A stretch of DNA of 32,000 nucleotides from Buchnera aphidicola str. APS (Acyrthosiphon pisum). Lineage in GTDB: Bacteria > Pseudomonadota > Gammaproteobacteria > Enterobacterales > Enterobacteriaceae. This document shows, piece by piece, positions 26,941 through 32,000 of this stretch. The first letter of the stretch is position 1, and each line of letters begins with the position of its first letter. Made by a program: the position numbers and the translations under genes. The stretch covers positions 540,001 through 572,000 of the forward strand of contig NC_002528.1 of NCBI RefSeq assembly GCF_000009605.1, read 5' to 3'. A model generated the notes under the pieces. That model did no database searches. It was not told where the DNA came from and saw only the letters and a program-made list of their open reading frames with translations.

Positions 26941-27363
26941 TTATAACTCCAAAAAACATGAAATGTTAAATATTTTATTATCAATATATTTTCTATATAG
27001 TATATTTTTTTAAAAAATTTTTAAATATTTTTTTAAAATACAACAATAATAAATATTAAATACTTTCTTTCAAAAAAAAAAATTAATTCATTTTATTATT
27101 ATTTTCCCTTTAAATTTAAAAAAATTTTTAACTAGCACTGCAAAAAACATTTACGAGACTGTTGTGATGACAAATAAAAGACAAGATTCATAGAAAAAAT
27201 AATATAGAAATGAGATGTCATTAAAGTTCACTAAAAGATGATAAAACATATTAATCATTTTCGAGAAAAATAATAATGATAGGAGTCTGATTATGATCAC
27301 ATGATTAATTTTGAAGAAATTATTTTTTATAAAATAAATTTTCAGTAATCGTAAAAATAAAAT

Positions 27364-28590
27364 TTACTCTTTTCTAGATAAATATTTTTCTAAAGCACGA
27401 TAAAAACGTTTCATACCTTCAATAATATCTAATTCTTTAATAATTAATGAAGGTGCTAAACGAATAACATTATTACCTGCTGTAAGAAAAATCACACCTT
27501 CTGAAAGTGAAAAATTTAATATTTTATGAATATTACGAGAAACATTTGGTTTTAATACAATACCAATTAATAACCCTCTTCCTCTTATTTCTGTAAATAA
27601 TTTAAAACGTTTATTAATAATATTTAATTCAGATATTATTTTTTTAGATTTTTTTTCGACTCCAGACAAAACTTTTTTAGTGTTAATAATATCAATAACC
27701 GATTCTGCTACCGCACAAGCAAGAGGGTTTCCTCCATATGTGGTACCATGTATTCCAGGCGCAATTACAGAAGCAACTTCATTTGTAGTTAACATGGCAC
27801 TTATCGGAAACCCACCGCCTAAAGATTTAGCAATAGTTAAAATATCTGGAGTAATAGCATAATATTCATAATAAAATAATTTTCCAGTTCTACCAATTCC
27901 AGTTTGTATTTCATCAAAAATTAAAAGTACATTATATTGTTTGCATAACTCTTTTAATGCTTGCACAAAAGTGAGATTTGCTGGTATTACTCCACCTTCT
28001 CCCTGAATTAGTTCTACAACTACTGCACATGTATCATGATCAATTAAATTTTTTACACTATTAATATCATTAAATGAAGCATGTACTATACCTGCAGGTT
28101 TTGGTCCAAAATTATTAGAATATTTTGATTGACCTCCAACTGAAACAGTAAAAAAAGTCCGTCCATGAAATGAGTTATAAAAAGAAATAATTTTATTTTT
28201 TTTAAAATTATATATTTTAGATGAGTAATAACGTGCTAGCTTAAAAGCAGCTTCGTTCGCTTCTGCTCCAGAATTTGCAAAAAATATTCGTGATGCAAAA
28301 CTAGAAGAAAGTAGCTTTTTAGCTAATCTAAGAGCTGGTTCATTGGTAAAAATGTTACTGAGATGCCATAACATTTTACTTTGATTTTTTAATGTTTTAT
28401 TTAATATAGGATGACAGTGTCCTAACGATGTAACTGCAATACCCCCAGAAAAATCAATATATTCCTTTCCTTTTTGATCCCATATACGACTGCCTTTACC
28501 TTTTATAGGAATAAAAGGAATTGGATTGTAAATAGGTAAAATCAACTTATCGAAATTATCGCGTGTAATTAAGGTTTTTTTTGATATCAT
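27364..28590 (-). CDS. argD: Acetylornithine / succinyldiaminopimelate aminotransferase (class III PLP aminotransferase)
   Basis: 408 aa with class-III aminotransferase motifs (DFSGGIAVTSLGHCHP, NSGAEANEAAFKLAR, LIFDEIQTGIGRTG, and TIAKSLGGGFP carrying the PLP lysine). Its length and its position between fkpA and tsgA match the relative order of these genes in E. coli. Confidence 0.92.
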   Translation of the reverse strand: MISKKTLITRDNFDKLILPIYNPIPFIPIKGKGSRIWDQKGKEYIDFSGGIAVTSLGHCHPILNKTLKNQSKMLWHLSNIFTNEPALRLAKKLLSSSFASRIFFANSGAEANEAAFKLARYYSSKIYNFKKNKIISFYNSFHGRTFFTVSVGGQSKYSNNFGPKPAGIVHASFNDINSVKNLIDHDTCAVVVELIQGEGGVIPANLTFVQALKELCKQYNVLLIFDEIQTGIGRTGKLFYYEYYAITPDILTIAKSLGGGFPISAMLTTNEVASVIAPGIHGTTYGGNPLACAVAESVIDIINTKKVLSGVEKKSKKIISELNIINKRFKLFTEIRGRGLLIGIVLKPNVSRNIHKILNFSLSEGVIFLTAGNNVIRLAPSLIIKELDIIEGMKRFYRALEKYLSRKE

Positions 28591-28905
28591 TAAACTTCCT
28601 AAAATATATTTGTTACAATAAAAATATTATTAAAAATTATTTTGATAAATAAATAAGAAATTTATAAAAATTTTTAAAAGAAAATATACATTATATTTTA
28701 TTACAATTAAACTTATTTTCTTGACAAGACCAAAAGAAATATTAATTTTTTATTTAAATTTAATGTGTAAAAGAGTATTTTTATATAATACGCATTATAT
28801 ATTTAATTTTTATACAATATTACATAATATATTGAAAAATATAAAAAAAATATAATATATATAAATTATATTTTTACGAAAATTTATCAGAAAAGGTGAT
28901 AAAAA

Positions 28906-30072
28906 ATGACAAACATCAATCGAATAGGACTTACATGGATTAGTTTTTTGTCATATGCATTTACCGGTGCATTAGTTGTTGTCACAGGGATGATAATGGG
29001 GAATATTTCTAATTATTTTCATTTATCTATTTCTCAGATGAGTAACATATTTACTTTTTTAAATGCAGGAATATTAGTATCGATTTTTATAAATTCTTGG
29101 TTAATAGAAATTATATCATTAAAAAAACAACTAATATTTAGTTTTATACTTACTATTATCGCCGTAATAGGAATAGTTCTATGTAACAGTATATTTTTAT
29201 TTTCAATAAATATGTTTATACTTGGATTGGTAAGCGGTATTACTATGTCAATTGGAACATTTATTATTACTCATCTATATTCAGGATCAAAAAGAGGTTC
29301 TCTATTATTATTAACTGACTCTTTTTTTAGTATGTCTGGTATGATATTTCCAATTGTTACAGCGTATCTTTTAGAAAAAAAAATTATTTGGTATTGGTCT
29401 TATATATGCATAGGAGCAATATATTTATTAATTTTTCTATTAACAATTAATTCCAGTTTTGAAAAATTCAAAACTAATACGAAAAATTCTAAAGAAACAA
29501 AAGAAAAATGGAACTTTAATGTATTTTTATTGTCGATTTCAGCATTATTGTATATATTAGGACAATTAGGATTTATTTCCTGGGTACCACAATATGCTAC
29601 TGAAATCATGAATATTGATATAAAAAAAACTGGTAGTTTAGTGAGTGGTTTTTGGATGTCTTATATGCTTGGAATGTGGTTTTTTAGTTTTATAATTAAA
29701 TTTTTTAATCTATATCGTATGTTTATTTTTCTTACAAGCATGTCTACAATACTTATGTATTGTTTTATTAAAAGTGAAAATTTTTTAAATCAGCAATATA
29801 TAATTATTAGTTTAGGTTTCTTCTCGAGTGCAATTTATACTATAATTATTACATTAGCATCTTTGCAAACTAAACATCCTTCTCCAAAATTAATAAACTT
29901 AATTTTATTATTCGGAACAATTGGAACATTTCTTACATTTATTATAACTAGTCCGATAGTTGAAGCAAAGGGATTATACGTTACTTTAATTAGTTCAAAT
30001 ATATTATATGGTATAGTATTTTTTCTATCTATTTTGATTTATTTTAACAAAAAATACGAAAGAGTTATATAA
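28906..30072 (+). CDS. tsgA: MFS-family membrane protein TsgA homolog
   Basis: 388 aa, multi-pass hydrophobic. The N-terminus [34 protein letters not shown] resembles E. coli TsgA [34 protein letters not shown]. The GGTGA SD lies 6 nt upstream. Confidence 0.9.
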   Translation: [388 protein letters not shown]

Positions 30073-30133
30073 AAATTATTTATAATAAAAAATATCTGCA
30101 TTAAAAATAAACTAGAAGAAAATTCTGGTTTAT

Positions 30134-31141
30134 TTAAAATAATGGAATTAATCCTAATTTATCATATACTTTTGTTAAAGTTTTATTAGATTTTAATTGA
30201 GATTTCATGGCGCCTTCATAAGCTATCTTTTTTAAATAAACTTCATCATTACGATAATCATTATAAGATTTTTGTAATTTATATAAAAATTTAGACAAGT
30301 GATCTGCAACAATATTTTTGAACTCTGAGTATAGCATACCTTCTAGTTCTTTGAGTAAAATATCAATATCTTTATTAGTAATGGCTGAAAGAATTTCTAA
30401 TAAATTTGAAATACCTGGTTTCTTTTCTATATCATAGTATATTTTCGATGGTGTTTCTGAATCAGTATAAGCGTTTTGTATTTTTGAGATAACAGTTTTT
30501 ATATCGTCTAATAAAAAAATTACATTCTTTTTATTTATATCCGATTTAGACATTTTTTTACTTGGTTCTAATAAAGACATAATTTTAGAACCATGTTGAG
30601 TAATTAATGGTTTAGGTAATGTGAATACATGACCATATAAAGAATTAAAACGATGAGCTATATTTCGTGTTAATTCTACATGCTGTTTTTGATCTTGCCC
30701 TACCGGAACAAAATTAGTTTGATATAGTAAAATATCTGCTGCCATCAAAATCGGATAATTAAATAAAGCTGCATTTATTTTTTTTGAACAATTGCTTTTT
30801 ATCTTAAATTGTGTCATACGAAGTAATTCTGAAAATTGACTAAAACAATTTAAAATCCAATTCAGTTGGCTATGTTGGTAAACATGAGATTGAATGAAAA
30901 TAATGCTTTTTTGGGGATCTACACCACAGGATAAATAAAAAGATATTGTATCTAGTATAGATTTATTTAAATGAATTTTATTTTTCTGTATAGTCAACGC
31001 ATGTAAATCAGCAATACAGTACAGACACTCATAATTATTTTGCATTTTCGACCAATGACGCATTGTTCCTATATAGTTTCCAATAGTCAAGTTTCCGGAA
31101 GGTTGTACAGCACTAAGTAAAATAGGTTTCGATAAAATCAT
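30134..31141 (-). CDS. trpS: Tryptophan--tRNA ligase
   Basis: The ORF-track entry (to 31297, overlapping rpe) was trimmed by 52 codons to ATG at 31141, giving MILSKPILLSAVQPSGNLTIGNYIG (compare E. coli [23 protein letters not shown]). The KMSKS motif is present, and the AGGA SD lies 9 nt upstream. The protein is 335 aa. Confidence 0.96.
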   Translation of the reverse strand: MILSKPILLSAVQPSGNLTIGNYIGTMRHWSKMQNNYECLYCIADLHALTIQKNKIHLNKSILDTISFYLSCGVDPQKSIIFIQSHVYQHSQLNWILNCFSQFSELLRMTQFKIKSNCSKKINAALFNYPILMAADILLYQTNFVPVGQDQKQHVELTRNIAHRFNSLYGHVFTLPKPLITQHGSKIMSLLEPSKKMSKSDINKKNVIFLLDDIKTVISKIQNAYTDSETPSKIYYDIEKKPGISNLLEILSAITNKDIDILLKELEGMLYSEFKNIVADHLSKFLYKLQKSYNDYRNDEVYLKKIAYEGAMKSQLKSNKTLTKVYDKLGLIPLF

Positions 31142-31163
31142 TTTATATTTCCTAAATAAAATG

Positions 31164-31850
31164 TTAGTGAATAGACCTAGAATGAGCGTATTCCAATTTT
31201 TTTCGAATTTTTTCAATAACAAGTTTATAATTAGAATATTTAAACAATCCAGACCCCATAACAAAAACATTAGCTCCAGCACACGCAATATCTGCAATAT
31301 TGTCTAATTTTACACCACCATCTACTTCTAAAAGAATATCAGAAAAATTAGCATCAATAATTTTTCTTACTTCACGTAATTTATTAAATGTAGATGGTAG
31401 AAAAGATTGATTTCCAAATCCTGGATTTACTGACATTAATAAAATTAAATCTAATTTTTCTAATATATAATCAAGAAAATTAAGAGGTGTAGCAGGGTTA
31501 AATGCCAATCCCGCTTTGCATCCGTTTTCTTTAATTAAATTTAATGTTCGTTCAATATGAAGTGTAGCTTCTGGATGAAAGGTAATAAAAGTTGCTCCTG
31601 CTTTAGCAAATTGAGGGATTAAATTATCCACTGGTTTCACCATTAAATGAACATCGATTGGTGCCGTAATATTATAATTACGTAATGATTCTAAGATCAT
31701 AGGTCCCATGCTTAAGTTTGGTACATAGTGATTATCCATAACATCAAAATGTATTAAATCACTTCCTGCATCTATTACTTTTTTTATATCTTCTCCTAAG
31801 CGTGCAAAATCAGCGGATAAAATTGATGGAGCTAAAAAAAACTTATTCAT
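31164..31850 (-). CDS. rpe: Ribulose-phosphate 3-epimerase
   Basis: 228 aa with Rpe motifs [41 protein letters not shown] and EVDGGV. Confidence 0.95.
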   Translation of the reverse strand: MNKFFLAPSILSADFARLGEDIKKVIDAGSDLIHFDVMDNHYVPNLSMGPMILESLRNYNITAPIDVHLMVKPVDNLIPQFAKAGATFITFHPEATLHIERTLNLIKENGCKAGLAFNPATPLNFLDYILEKLDLILLMSVNPGFGNQSFLPSTFNKLREVRKIIDANFSDILLEVDGGVKLDNIADIACAGANVFVMGSGLFKYSNYKLVIEKIRKKLEYAHSRSIH

Positions 31851-32000
31851 CTTAATTGTCCTGTCTTTAACTTATATTAAGTTATTATAATAATGATTTT
31901 TTCTAATGTTTTTCAGTATAAAAAAATAGAACACTGGGATTTTATAAAATTAAAAAATTTTTATATAATACAAGAGCTAGTCAAAAACATCTTGATTTAA

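Noticed and set aside
27151-27258. 35-codon hydrophobic ORF on the minus strand in the fkpA-argD spacer
   Set aside because: It has no Shine-Dalgarno sequence. By rough reasoning an open frame of this length is not improbable by chance across six frames of a 423-bp spacer, and I recognise no similarity. It is kept only as a note within the spacer finding.
27281-27304. AGGAG followed 7 nt later by ATG ATC ACA TGA on the plus strand (3-codon mini-ORF)
   Set aside because: It is too short to be meaningful, sits in a spacer whose flanking genes are both on the other strand, and is probably coincidental.
28721-28749. TTGACA at 28721-28726 in the argD-tsgA divergent spacer as a tsgA promoter
   Set aside because: The best -10 at proper spacing (TAATTT or AATTTT) is poor, and the site is about 180 nt from the tsgA start. 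Many equivalent matches exist in this nearly pure A/T spacer.
30073-30133. Possible terminator hairpin CTAGAA-GAAAA-TTCTGG between convergent tsgA and trpS
   Set aside because: It has only 6 bp including a G:U wobble, with no clear U-tract, and is indistinguishable from background.

Overview
This window looks like core chromosome from a strongly AT-rich, reduced gammaproteobacterial endosymbiont. The gene content and order fit Buchnera aphidicola best; the strain cannot be determined by eye. Nearly everything is on the minus strand. Reading by coordinate: the 5' ~2.45 kb of a 23S rRNA gene (3' end outside the window), tRNA-Glu(UUC), aroE, tsaC(yrdC), smg, then divergent def-fmt on the plus strand. 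Next comes the complete alpha, spc and S10 ribosomal-protein operons (rplQ back to rpsJ, including secY and rpoA). These are followed by the str operon (tuf, fusA, rpsG, rpsL), tusBCD, fkpA, argD, tsgA (plus strand), trpS and rpe. Two small ribosomal genes missing from the ORF track (rpmJ, rpmD) were recovered by hand translation. Seven ORF-track entries have spurious N-terminal extensions, and four more begin a few codons too early (GTG, TTG or a doubled ATG); I trimmed all eleven using known N-termini and Shine-Dalgarno positions. Every ORF of 60 aa or more outside these genes lies inside the rRNA or antisense to or overlapping a conserved gene, and I reject them all. I see no CRISPR array, transposase, integrase, phage gene, toxin-antitoxin pair, defence gene or unassigned gene cluster, so I find no evidence for a novel system here. 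The observations worth a second look are modest and mostly RNA-level or genome-reduction features: an rRNA arrangement with 23S not preceded by 16S, a tRNA without encoded CCA, structured leaders and spacers in the str and S10 operons, deletion-scar spacers, and long A/T homopolymers inside intact genes. Promoter and terminator calls in DNA this AT-rich are weak and are scored accordingly.
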